From contig OZ024744.1 of assembly GCA_964016885.1 (NCBI GenBank), positions 69,440,001-69,504,000 on the forward strand: 64,000 nucleotides of DNA, in the 5' to 3' direction. The position numbers and the translations under genes were made by a program. Every line of letters begins with the position of its first letter. The stretch's first letter is position 1. Origin of the DNA: Eledone cirrhosa. Lineage: Eukaryota. Positions 40,601-52,537 of the stretch are shown here, in pieces. The notes under the pieces are model-generated. The model did not search any database. It worked only from the letters and a program-made list of their open reading frames with translations, and was not told the origin of the DNA.

Positions 40601-42240
40601 TCCAGGGAGATAGCCTGTCCCCTCTGTTGTTTGTCCTTGCCCTGATGCCCTTGACCTTTATGCTGCGAAAAGTGAGAGCAGGATACAAGTTGGGAAGGGG
40701 AGAGCTTACCATCAATTACCTCCTCTTCATGGACGATCTTAAGCTCTTCGGGAAAAGTGAGAAGGAGTTGGATGTGCTTGTTGACACTGTCCGTATTTTC
40801 AGCAGTGATATATGTATGCAGTTTGGTATTGGTAAATGTGGAGTCATTGTGATGAAGAGGGGTAGGTTGAGCAGAAGTAACGGGATCCAGATACCAACAG
40901 GTGAGATGATAAAGGAAATTGACTCTGAGGAAGGATACAAGTATTTGGGCGTTCTGGAGGCTGATGGCATAAAGAACAAAAAAATGAAGGAATTGTTAAG
41001 AACTGAATACATTCGGAGAGTAAGGAGCGTATTGAAGTCACATCTGAACAGCAGAAATGCCATAAGCGCAGTAAATTCCCGAGCTGTGTCTATTATTAGG
41101 TACAGTGCGGGAATTCTGAGATGGAATGTTGCTGAACAAAAAGAAATGGATAGGAAGACTAGGAAGCTATTGACTATCTACAACATGTTCCACAAGAGGA
41201 GTGATGTCGATAGACTCTACCTAAGGAGATCTGAGGGTGGAAGAGGTCTTATCAGCATAGAGGACTGTGTTCAGATGGAGAAAAACAACCTATACAAATA
41301 CGTGACCTATAGTAAGGAGCCAATGCTCAGAGCTGTACTGAAGGAGGGGACAGTAGGCCAGGGGATATCCAAGGAGGAAATAACATCAAGGAGGAAGAGC
41401 AGCCTTAAGGGAAAATCCCTTCATAGTACCTTCTTTGAGAAAACTGAATTTAGAGATCCACAGACATGGAACTGGTTGAGAACAGGAGACCTCAAAATGG
41501 CTACAGAAGGAATGCTAATGGCTGCGCAGGAGCAGGCCCTCAAAACGAAGTGGTTGAAGCACCATATCTACAAGGAGGAGGCTAGCCCACTGTGCAGGAT
41601 CTGTGGAGAGAGAGAGGAGACTGTGGCTCACATTGTGTCCGAGTGTAAACACCTAGCCCAGACCCACCATAAGGGCTGGGGACACGATGTGATGGGCAGG
41701 GTGATCCACTGGCACCTGTGCAAAGTAAACAATCTACCACATTCTGAGAAATGGTATGAGCATAGGCCAGAGGCGGTGATGGAGAACAGTCAGGTGAAGG
41801 TGCTGTGGGATTTTAGGATACAGACGGACACAAAACTGGAACACAATAGACCTGACCTGGTGGTTGTGGACAAAGAAAAAAGATCGTGTCTGATTGTGGA
41901 TGTGGCCTGCCCGTTCGACACGAGAGTGCAAGAGAAGGAGAGGGAGAAAATTAACCGATACCAGGACCTAAAGTGGGAGGTGAAAAGGATTTGGAACTGC
42001 CATGAAGTCAAAGTGATCCCGATTGTCATAGGCGCACTGGGGACTATCTCCAAAGGTTTCCAGGGATGGTTAAAGAAAATCGGCCCCTTCACGCTTTTTG
42101 GAACGCTTCAAAAGGCACGCTTGCTTGGAACAGCAAGAACCCTCCGATACGTCCTGAATATCTGAGGCTGCAGGTAGTGGCTTGATATTCAATCCAACGG
42201 ACTTTCCAGTTAACCAACATCAATGACTGAGATTCAAGGA
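37696..42240 (+). mobile_element. R4/Dong-like site-specific retrotransposon copy 1 (family A), full length
   Basis: ~1.08-kb 5' leader, single ORF, 75-nt 3' UTR, (AAT)n on both sides. Confidence 0.92.
38773..42165 (+). CDS. R4/Dong-like RT-RLE polyprotein, 1130 aa, uninterrupted
   Basis: N-terminal WTKELN..MQCY..RGYRRRM..W; YRPITCL, IDYRKAFD, GIFQGDSLSP, LFMDDLKL; CRICGEREETVAHIVSEC; RPDLVVVDK..IVDVACP..K..Y restriction-like endonuclease. Confidence 0.93.
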   Translation: METRTSCDRLSPNRCPLAQQQEPDCQPNTADVGGRRRRKGARTNWTKELNRTVMQCYLKSNPKERGYRRRMHNIWNEIGLFKLDEQKLAGQARVIRTNGWISELELEELSRENGLEMAGVVCQTSEPAGNEGEEVLRTEEPPEADNDLNTEINNTWNRDTATEEMNADGLGQDSVDILNLVVDELNNDSGRPMNLRFVDRKKLKETTAKVNKVIPYLEARSLHQRNNILKATANTVRKLLGIKARGNNRQERAEPWWKKRLSGQIGEMRNDIGKLESLLNGTLKNIGTKNRLEIKYKTRSKKLNIIIEELKQRIVAKSAKIRRYENRVSQYKQNRMFDNNQKMLFGQLEGKERGNDLIPGAEEAKTFWRGIWEQDVRHNAQAGWIETVQREIGEQAQQQTDLSITVETLKGQAKKLTNWKSPGPDGVQEYWIKHLTSLHPKLTAMFNDCLVSGEVPEWLTKGTTVLIMKDRIRGNDVTNYRPITCLPVMWKLLTSIVSEEIYHHLHTNNLLPDEQKGCRKKSRGTKDQLLIDKMVMGNCRRRHTDLAMGWIDYRKAFDMVPHSWITKSLEIFRVADNIRQLLGRSMGSWETELTSTGVSLGSVKIKRGIFQGDSLSPLLFVLALMPLTFMLRKVRAGYKLGRGELTINYLLFMDDLKLFGKSEKELDVLVDTVRIFSSDICMQFGIGKCGVIVMKRGRLSRSNGIQIPTGEMIKEIDSEEGYKYLGVLEADGIKNKKMKELLRTEYIRRVRSVLKSHLNSRNAISAVNSRAVSIIRYSAGILRWNVAEQKEMDRKTRKLLTIYNMFHKRSDVDRLYLRRSEGGRGLISIEDCVQMEKNNLYKYVTYSKEPMLRAVLKEGTVGQGISKEEITSRRKSSLKGKSLHSTFFEKTEFRDPQTWNWLRTGDLKMATEGMLMAAQEQALKTKWLKHHIYKEEASPLCRICGEREETVAHIVSECKHLAQTHHKGWGHDVMGRVIHWHLCKVNNLPHSEKWYEHRPEAVMENSQVKVLWDFRIQTDTKLEHNRPDLVVVDKEKRSCLIVDVACPFDTRVQEKEREKINRYQDLKWEVKRIWNCHEVKVIPIVIGALGTISKGFQGWLKKIGPFTLFGTLQKARLLGTARTLRYVLNI

Positions 42241-42251
42241 ATAACAATAAC

Positions 42252-42355
<104 letters not shown>

Positions 42356-45300
42356 GGGAAGAAGACGCACGAGGTGGCGGAAGGTCATGAAATCGCTCCC
42401 GTAAGTTTTGAATTTTTAACATATTTAAATCATTTGTGAAATAACAACTCTTAGTACAAATGCTACGTAAAGCATCCGGCTTGAGCCCCCAAAAATTCGG
42501 ACCCAAAATATATTGTTATAAGGCTCAAATATTCAAATATTCAACTTTGTATTGTACATTGTATATTCAAAAAAGAAAATGGCTATAAATGGAAGAAGAA
42601 CCCGCCCCCTCCTCTGTCTACACTATATAGAACAGCCAAACAACACCAATCTCACCAACACCAGAAACTAGATACACCACCTACCCCATCACCTCTCTGT
42701 GTACACTAAACACAACAGCCAGATAACGGCAATTTCACCACCACCACTCGCTACTGCCATCATTACCACCACTATCCCATCACCGCCGCCACCACTCCTT
42801 CATTGCTACCACCGCTACAACATCATCACTACAGTAATACGATCACATCACCACCACCACTGCCTCGGTATCGACATCACCACCACCACTGTCTCAGTAT
42901 CGATACCGCCACTACTGTCTCCCACATCACCCCGCTGGCTGCTGCCACCACATTATAGAATTACTATTATAGAATTACTATTATTATTGTCTCAAATTTA
43001 AAAAAAAAAAAAAAAAAAATGTTTAATTCCAATTTTACGGGAATATGTCAACACAAAATATAATAAAAATATATATTAAACATACGAACACAAACTCATA
43101 GATACTACCACCCCACCCCATCCATCATTGCTGCCACTATCCCATCGTCGCCGCCACCACTCCTTCAATGCTACCACCACTATTCCCTTGTTAACTTGAG
43201 AGAGAAAGGGGAAGGTGGCGGTATCACTAGACAAGGGAGAGGTTAGCAAAAGATATAAATAGATTGACTTAGTGATCTGGCCGCCGGCCAAACGTCAACA
43301 TCAACAACTATGGGACTGCTGGCTCACCCCTTCCTCACCAACAATATAAAAAGCCCCGGCACCACCACCGACATAGCCAACAACAATAACAGCCAACTAC
43401 AACAAAAAGTATATTATATTATTGTAATGCACTGGGTGATTGCTGGCCTTGTGCCTGGAGTGGAGACAATTATTAATAATTTCATTCTTAAGCCACGCAA
43501 TGCTCACATTAAGGAACCACTCATGATAATAACAATTTAAAAAAACAACAAAAAGAAAACCCCGTGACCAAGAAATACCGGGATGGCGGCCGGCGGGGAA
43601 TAGCCGTGTCTCTAGGGGAGAACGACCCCTCTAGTCTTGGTTGACACTCGTTCTAGAAGTGGTAACACGAAATGATTACCCCTTGGCGGATAAGGATAAA
43701 ACGCGACAAAATAAAGGAAATGTCTAATGATAAAACCTCATACCGGATCGGCCGTCACCCGGGTAAAAAAGGGCCGCGTCCCTCAGAGAGGAACCAGACT
43801 GGGGTCGAAAAATCAGCTAATGGTTCAAACCTTCCCATCACTTCGGAGCTGGAGACCTCCCATAACCGGAATACTCCTACTGTTGGCCCTCCATGCTCAC
43901 CACCAAGAAATCCAAAGAAAAAGAGAGAAAAATGGTCAAGGGAAGATAATAAAGAAGTCCTTGAGGCTTTCTACACTGCCATGTACTACCCATCAAATAC
44001 ATCGAATACAGAACAGACATATATCAACTGGAAAAAGAAACATCCCGAAAACAGAGGCTATATTGACAGTAACAAACTAGCCAATATACGAAGAAATATT
44101 GTAAGAAAAAAGTTACTAACTGATATAGAAATTGATCAGATCAAGCTATTAGCACAAAGTCAGCGAAGGGAAAATGAAACATGTGTCAGTGAAAACGAGG
44201 TAAACTGTAACACTTCGAATCCCAGGGTTGGGGCGGAATCACTGGCAACAGAACAAATTAAAGAAAGGATCGAAAAAGTGGAGGGAGTGCATGCTCAGGA
44301 TGAAACTCCAAATGAAAATAATGAGATCGTAAATGATAAAGAAATGAATGAGAATGAACTTGCCAACTTGAAAAATGAAATTATGATCGAATGGATGAAA
44401 ATGAAAGAATCTGACATGGGGCAACGAGACACCCTCCCTAAGATCCAGAACTCCAAACAGAAACAAAAGATAATACACAAGACTAACATAATTCTCAAAA
44501 ACATTATCATCACAAACAAACTAAACATTACTGATTTAAATCATCTCTATTATGCATCGGCTAAAGTCACCACTCACTTATGTGGAGTGAAGATGAAAAA
44601 ACAAAGGAATTCCCACAAGAAAACTAAACTTAGAAAATTGAAAAAAAAGTACAGTATAAAATCAACATGTGACATAGACATGCTGATAGAAATAATCAAG
44701 CAAAAAGTGTCGGCCAAAGCTGCTCGTATAAGGCGCTTTGAAAAACGATCTAGATTCTATAAGGACAATAATATGTTCAAAAACAACCAAAGAAACTTCT
44801 ACAGAAAAATTGGTAAGTCAACAATAACTGCTAAATCAATACCACCCAAGGAGGAAGTGCAAGAATTCTGGGAAAAGATCTGGGCCGAAGAAAAAGTTCA
44901 TAACATACATGCCCCATGGATAGACAGACAAATGAAAGATACAGCTCACCTTGAGGAACAAACATGGGAAAATATAACAGTTGAACAGTTGCGCTTGGCT
45001 CTAAGAAAAACCTGCAAATGGAAATCCCTAGGAAAAGACAAAATACAAAACTTTTGGATAAATGCCTTCACAGAGTCTCATGAGCTGTTAGCCCAACTTT
45101 ACAATGAAATAGTTAAGGAGCCAGAAAAGATACCTTCATGGCTAGTTAACGGCATTACATTCCTGCTTCCGAAGAATGATGAGACAAACAATCCCAAAAA
45201 TTACAGACCGATAACTTGCTTGACCATAATGTATAAAATTTTAACATCAGTCCTAACTGAATACACATATGACCAACTGATAACAAATGACCTATTTCCC

Positions 45301-47420
45301 ATTGAGCAGAAAGGGTGTAAACGAGGCTCATATGGCTGTAAGGATCAGCTTCTGGTTAACAAAATGATACTGGAAGATTGTCATAATAGACACAAAAATC
45401 TATTGATTACTTGGATAGATTATAAAAAAGCATTCGATAGTTTGCCACACAGTTGGATTGAAAAATGTTTAGAGATTTTCAAAATATCCCCCGTTGTCAG
45501 GAGGTTTTTGTCATTCAGTATGAAGACATGGAAAACGACACTCCTTTTGAATAGTGAAACAAAATCACTGGAAGCTGGAGAAGTTAATATTAATTGTGGA
45601 ATTTTTCAGGGTGACTCTTTATCACCGCTTTTATTCTGCATCGCACTTATACCATTAAGTAAAATGCTCAATGAAACAAAACATGGATATAAAGTCTATG
45701 ACAAAACCATTAATCACCTGTTCTACATGGATGACCTGAAACTATTTGCAAAAAATGATGAACAATTGCAAGGGCTATTATCCACTGTGAAGCAGTTCAG
45801 TGATGACATTAAAATGGAGTTTGGACTAGATAAATGCGCCAAAGCAACGTTCACCAGAGGAAAGCTGCTGAAGAGTTCAGACATTAATCTTGATCGGGGG
45901 AACGTGATAAGAGAACTTGATCAAGAAAAAACTTACAAATATCTAGGTGTTTGTGAAGGAGACGGAATCAAGCACTCGACAATGAGGTAAAGGATAAGGA
46001 AGGAATGTTACCGCAGAGTAAGAGCAATCTTAAGAACGGAATTGAATGCAAGGAATAGGATCGATGCCATAAACACGCTTGCCATACCAGTAGTAACCTA
46101 CAGTTACAATGTCATCAACTGGTCAAGCACAGAGATCCGTAGGCTCGATACAAAAATTCGAAAATTCTTAACCATGCACAGAATGCATCATCCTAAGGCA
46201 GATATAGATAGAATATATCTCCCTAGGAAAGAAGGAGGACGTGGGTTAATCCAGTTAGACATTGCGTTGAAAACTGCAACAATTGGATTATCTACATATC
46301 TAAGGGAATCACATGATTGGATGATCAAACTCGTTTTGAAACACGAAAGCATCAAAAGATCATATTCCATTACAAAAGATGCACAAAGATACAGTAATGG
46401 ACTACAAATTTCAGAAGTCCCATTTACTGCTGAAATGGAAAACACAGAAAAAGCAAAGCAGGTAAAAGTAACTGCAAAGAAAGAACTGCTACAGAAACTG
46501 GCTAAGAAATGGCAAGAAAAGCCTCTGTATGGAAAATACCCAGAGCGAGCTAACAATCCTGATGTTGACAAAACTTTAACTCATCAGTGGTTGGCATCCT
46601 CTGGACTGAAATCGGAGACTGAAGGACTGATTATATCGGCACAAGATCAGTGTCTGCCAACAAAAAATTACCAAGCCAACATAATAAAAAATGGGTGCAA
46701 GCCCATTATGCCGTGTATGCAAAAAACAACCAGAGACCATTGACCATATAATTTCAATGTGCAGTCCTATAGCTCCAACCGAATACCTAAACAGGCATGA
46801 CAGAGCTGCACAATACATACATTGGATAATGTGTAAGCATTTTGACCTAACCCATCAAAAGAATTGGTGGGTGCATCAACCACCTCCCATACTTGAAAAA
46901 GATCACATCTCAATCTTGTGGTACTTTAGCATCCAAACAGACCAAAAAATAGATGCAAACAGACCTGATATAATATTGAAAGACTTTCAAAAGAGGGTAT
47001 GCCTGCTAATTGATATGTCTGTTCCAATAGACAAGAATGTATCTATAAAAACATTTGAAAAATTGAGCAAGTATAAGGACCTGGAGATAGAAATTGGAAA
47101 AATGTGGAAATTGAGAACTAAAACAATACCAGTGGTTGTAGGCGCTCTGGGAATGATACCTAAGGGGGCTAATGATTACTTATCGCAAATCCCAGGAAAC
47201 CCGCGTATAGGAGAAATACAAAAGATAGTACTAATGGGAACTGCCCATATACTAAGGAAGATTCTGTCAATATAAGTACATCACAAGTCTAAACACTAAA
47301 GATGCATGTGTGAATATGTATGTTCTTTCTTGAACATGGCGGACCTTGTTGTCTCTTGAGGTCACTGGTTGTGACTTGGTGATAACTCGTATGAACATAA
47401 AGCAAGATAAATGCAACTGT
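42356..47420 (+). mobile_element. R4/Dong-like element copy 2 (family B ORF behind a family-A-type leader)
   Basis: Leader starts with the same GGGAAGAAGACGCACGAGG as copy 1; ORF clearly divergent; different 3' UTR; (AAT)n on both sides. Confidence 0.88.
43672..47275 (+). pseudogene. R4/Dong-like RT-RLE ORF (family B), one stop at 45988-45990 and one frameshift near 46700
   Basis: YRPITCL, IDYKKAFD, FQGDSLSP, FYMDDLKL, CRVCKKQPETIDHIISMC, RHD, RPDIILKD..LIDMSVP..K..KY. Confidence 0.9.
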
Positions 47421-47439
47421 AATAATAATAATAATAATA

Positions 47440-50400
47440 GGGGAAAAGACGCACGTGGTGGATAGAAGGTCATGAAATCGCTCCCGTAAGCTTTTGATTT
47501 TTAACATATTTAAATCAATAGTGAAATAGCAATTCTTAGTACAAATGATACATAAAGCACCGGACTCAACCATCAGAAAAATTCGGATCCATAATATTCT
47601 ATTATACCGCTCAAATATTTAATTTTGTATTATACATTTTTATATTCAAAAATGAAAATGGTTATAAATGGAAGAAAACCCCCTCTGTCTACACTATATA
47701 GAACAGCCAAATAACAGCAACATCACCAACACCACAAACTAGATACACCACCTATCCCATCACCCCCCTCTGTGTACACTAAATACAACAGCCAGATAAT
47801 TTCACCACCACCACCACCACCACCAATCCCAGCATAATAATAATAATTACTATTATTATTGTCTCAAGTTTTCACAAAATGTTTAAATCCAATATTAAGA
47901 AAATATGTCAACACATATATTAAACATACGCGACTAACCGCATAGATTCACCGAACAAACAAACTACAGTCTATTCAACAAAAGTCAGTAACGACAACGC
48001 CATCGATACAGTCACCACCGCCACCACCGCCACCACCCCATCCATCATTGCTACCACTATCCCATCACCGCCGCCACCACTCCTTCATTGCTCCCACCGC
48101 TATTCCCCCATTACCTTCTGTTAACTTACGAAAGGGGAAGGTGGCGGTATCACTAGACAATATTAATAAACAATATTAATATTTAATTTTGGATCAGGAA
48201 TGCTAGAGTCGAAAAGGAGGAAATGGCAAAATGACTAAATAGTTAGCTAAATAGCTAAATAGCTAAGTGGACAGAGAAGATTATTTCACCACCAACACCA
48301 CCACCACTACCACGCTAAAAACTCTGGTCAAGTTGCCTCAACTTAAACACCATCACTACAGTGCTACGATCACATCACTACCACCACTGCCTCATTATCG
48401 CTACCGCCGCTATTCTCTCCCATTACCTCCTGCTAAGTACTACTAGCACAGCACCACCACCACCACCACTGCCTCATTATCGCTACCGCCGCTATTCTCT
48501 CCCACTACCTCCTGCTAAGTACTACTAGCACAGGACCACCACCACCACCACTGCCTCATTATCACTACCGCCGCTATTCTCTCCCACTACCTCCCGCTAA
48601 CACATGCATCGTAGTGTCCCCACTAAAAGAGGAAGGCATCAAAATATATAAATAGTCCGAATTGATGACCCGGTCAAAAAATCAAAAAACCAAAAATCAA
48701 AATTAAAGCAGCACAGCAACAACGAAAAACGTAAAGAAAAGAAAAAATGAAGAGAAAAACAAACAGACGGACAGAGAAGGGAAGGGAAAAACTAAGTCAG
48801 ATAGTCAAACATTACATTACAATGAAACTTATGCTTATTCTTTTTGGGGTTTTTTTTTGCCTGTTTATTTGTTTATTTATGTTCGTCTACAGCGTGATAG
48901 TGCCACACAAAAATCACCGGGAGGGATGAAATCACCGGTGGTTATGTAACCATACATTCACCAATCCCCGATAAGAGTGTTTAAATGTCGAACCTAAACA
49001 GTTCGAATAACGGTGAAGTGGAGACTAGAATGTCATGTGTCAGACTCTCACCCAGCAGGTGCTCCCTGGTTCAGCAGCAGGGACCTGGCTGTCAACCAAA
49101 TACTGCTGGTGCCGGAGGAAGAAGAAGAAGAAGAAGGAAAGGGACCAGAAGCAACTGGACGAAAGAATTGAATATAACTGTTATGCAATGTTACCTGAAG
49201 AATAACCCCAAGGAGAAATGCTATAGGAAACGGATGCATAACATCTGGAACGAGATTAGTCTATTTAAATTAGATGAACAAAAATTGGCCGGGTAGGCTC
49301 CGGTAATAAGAACTAATGGGTGGATAAGCGAGCTGGAACTGGAGGAACTGAGCAGAGAGATTAGCTTGGAAATGGAGAGTGGAGTATGCCAGGCAAACGA
49401 ACCAGTGGGAAATGAAGGTGAAGAGGGTGAGAGAACGGAGGAACCATCCGAAGCAGACAATGATCTGAATGCTGAAATAAATAATACCTGGAACAAAGAT
49501 ACGGCCATTGAGGAGATGAATGCTGACGGGCTAGAGCAAGATTTGGTTGATATCCTAAACTTAGTGGTAGATGAATTGAACAATGATAGTGGGAAACCTA
49601 TGAACCTAAGATTTGTAGACAGGAAAAAGTTAAAAGAAACAACAGCTAAGGTAAACAAAGTCATACCTTGAGGCGAGGAGCCTTCACCAGTGCAACAATA
49701 TCCTCAAAGCAACAGCAAATACGGTGAGGAAACTACTTGGTATAAAAGCGAGAGGAAACAACAAACAAGAAAGATCAGAGCCTTGGTGGAAGAAACGACT
49801 GAGTGGTCAAATCAGGGAAGTGAGAACTGACATTGAAAAGCTTGAGTCCCTACTGAATGGGACACTAAAAAACATAGACACTAAAAATAGACTGGAAATA
49901 AAGTACAAAACTAGGAGGAAAAAGGTAAATATTATCATAGAGGAACTGAAGCATCACATTGTAGCAAAGAGTGCAAAAATTAGGCGATACGAGAGAAGAG
50001 TCAGTCAGTATAGACAGAACCGCATGTTTGACAACAACCAGAAGATGCTGTTTGGACAGCTTGAGGGGAAAGAAAGAGGCAACGACTTGATCCCTGAGGC
50101 GGAACAAACTAAAACATTTTGGAGAGGAATATGGGAGCAGGATGTTAAACATAATGACCAGGCAGTGTGGATTGAAACAGTATAGAAGGAGATTAGTGAA
50201 CAGGCACACCAACAAACTGATTTGAGTATCACAGTTGAAACTCTTAAGGGGCAGGCAAAAAAACCAACCAACTGGAAATCACCAGGCCCAGATGGTGTGC
50301 AGGGGTATTGGATTAAAAATATAACATCCCTCCACCCGAAACTGACAACCATGTTCAATGACTGCTTGATTTCAGGTGAGGTACCAGAGTGGTTGACAAA

Positions 50401-52482
50401 AGGTACCACAGTTCTGGTAATGAAGGACCCAATCAAGGGTAATGATGCTACCAACTATAGACCTATCACATGTCTGTTCGTAATGTGGAAACTGTTGACA
50501 AGCATTGTGTCTGAGGAAATCTACCATCACCTCCACACAAACAACTTGTTACGGGACGAACAGAAAGGATGCCGAAAGAAGTCCCGTGGTACAAAGGACC
50601 AGTTACTTATTGATAAGATGGTAATGAGGAATTGCAAGAGGAGACACACTGGTCTTGCCATGGGATGGATAGACTACAAAAAGGCATTTGACAAGGTGCC
50701 TCATTCTTGGATCACCATAAGCCTAGAGATCTTCAAGGTGGCAGATAACATCAGACAGTTGTTGGGCAAAAGTATGAAGTCCTGGAAAACAGAGTTAACA
50801 TCAGCTGGAGAATCCTTGGGAGGCGTGAAGATCAAGAGAGGTATCTTCCAGGGAGATAGTCTGTCCCCTCTGTTGTTTGTCCTTGCCCTGATGCCCCTGA
50901 CCATTATACTGCGAAAAGTGAGAGGTTACCATCAATCAGGGAGAGCTTACCATCAATCACCTCCCCTTCATGGACGATCTTAAGCTCTTCGGGAAGAGCG
51001 AGAAGGAGTTGGATGTGCTTGTTGACACTGTCCGTATTTTCAGCAATGATATATGTATGCAATTTGGTATTAGTAAGTGTGGAGTCCTTGTGATGAAGAG
51101 GGGGTAAATTGAGCAGAAGCAACGGAATCCGGGTGTCAACAGGTGAGATGATAAAGGAAATTGACACTGAAGAAGGATACAAGTATTTGGGTGTTCTGGA
51201 GGCTGATGACATCAAGAACAAAAAAATGAAGGAATTGATAAGAACTGAATACATTCGGAAAGTAAGGGCGTATTAAAATCACATCTGAACAGTAGGAATA
51301 CCATAAGTGCAGTAAATTCCCGAGCTGTGTCTATTATGAGGTACAGTGCGGGAATTCTGAGATGGAATGTTTATGAACAAAAAGAAATGGATAGGAAGAC
51401 TAGGAAGCTATTGACTATCTACAACATGTTCCACAAAAGGAGTGATATCGATAGACTCTACTTATGGAGATCTGAAGGTGGAAGAGGTCTTATCAGCATA
51501 GAGGACTGTGTTCAGATGGAGAAAAACAACCTACACAAATACGTGACTGATAGTAAGGAGCCAATGCTCAGAACTGTACTGAAGGAGAGGACAATAGACC
51601 AGGGCATGTCCAAGGAGGAAATAACAACAAGGAGAAAGAACAGCCTTCAGGAAAAATCCCCTCATAGTACCTTCTTTGAGAAAACTGAATTCAGAGATCC
51701 ACAAACATGGAACTGGTTGAAAAGAGGAGACCTTAAAATGGCTACAGAAGGAATGTTAATGGCTGCGCAAGAGCAGTCTCTCAAAACGAAGTGGTTGAAA
51801 CACCATATTTACAAGGACGAGGCTAGCCCACTGTGCAGGATCTGTGGAGAGAGAGAGGAGACTGTGGCTCACATTGTATCCGAGTGTAAACACCTAGCCC
51901 AGACTCACTATAAGGGCTGGAGAGATGATGTGATGGGCAGGGTGATCCACTGGCACCTATGCAAAGTAAACAATTTACCACATTCTGAGAAGTGGTATGA
52001 GCATAAGCCAGAGTCGGTGATAGAAAACGATCAGGTGAAGGTGTTGTGGGATTTTAGGATACAGACGGACAAGAAACTGGAACACAATAGACCTGACCTG
52101 GTGGTTTTGGACAAGGGAAAAAGATCGTGCCTGATTGTGGATGTGGCCTGCCCATTCGACACGAGAGTGCAAGAGAAGGAGAGGGAGAAATTAACCGATA
52201 CCAGGACTTAAAGTGGGAGGTAAAATGGATTTGGAACTGCCATGAGGTCAAAGTGGTCCCGAATGTCATAGGCGCACTAGGTACTATCTCAAAAAGTTTC
52301 CAGGGATGGTTAAAGAAAATTGGCCCCTTCACGCTTTTTGGAACGCTTCAAAAGGCATGCTTGCTGGGAACAGCAAGAACCCTCCGATACGACGTGAATA
52401 TCTGAGGCTGCAGGTAGTGGCATGATGTTCATTTCAACAAACTTTCCAGTTAACTAACATCAATGACTGAGACTCAAAGCGC
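47440..52482 (+). mobile_element. R4/Dong-like element copy 3 (family A), degraded; ORF remnant 48985-52405
   Basis: Colinear with copy 1 over ORF and 3' UTR with several stops and frameshifts; (AAT)n on both sides. Confidence 0.92.
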
Positions 52483-52536
<54 letters not shown>

Positions 52537-52537
<1 letters not shown>

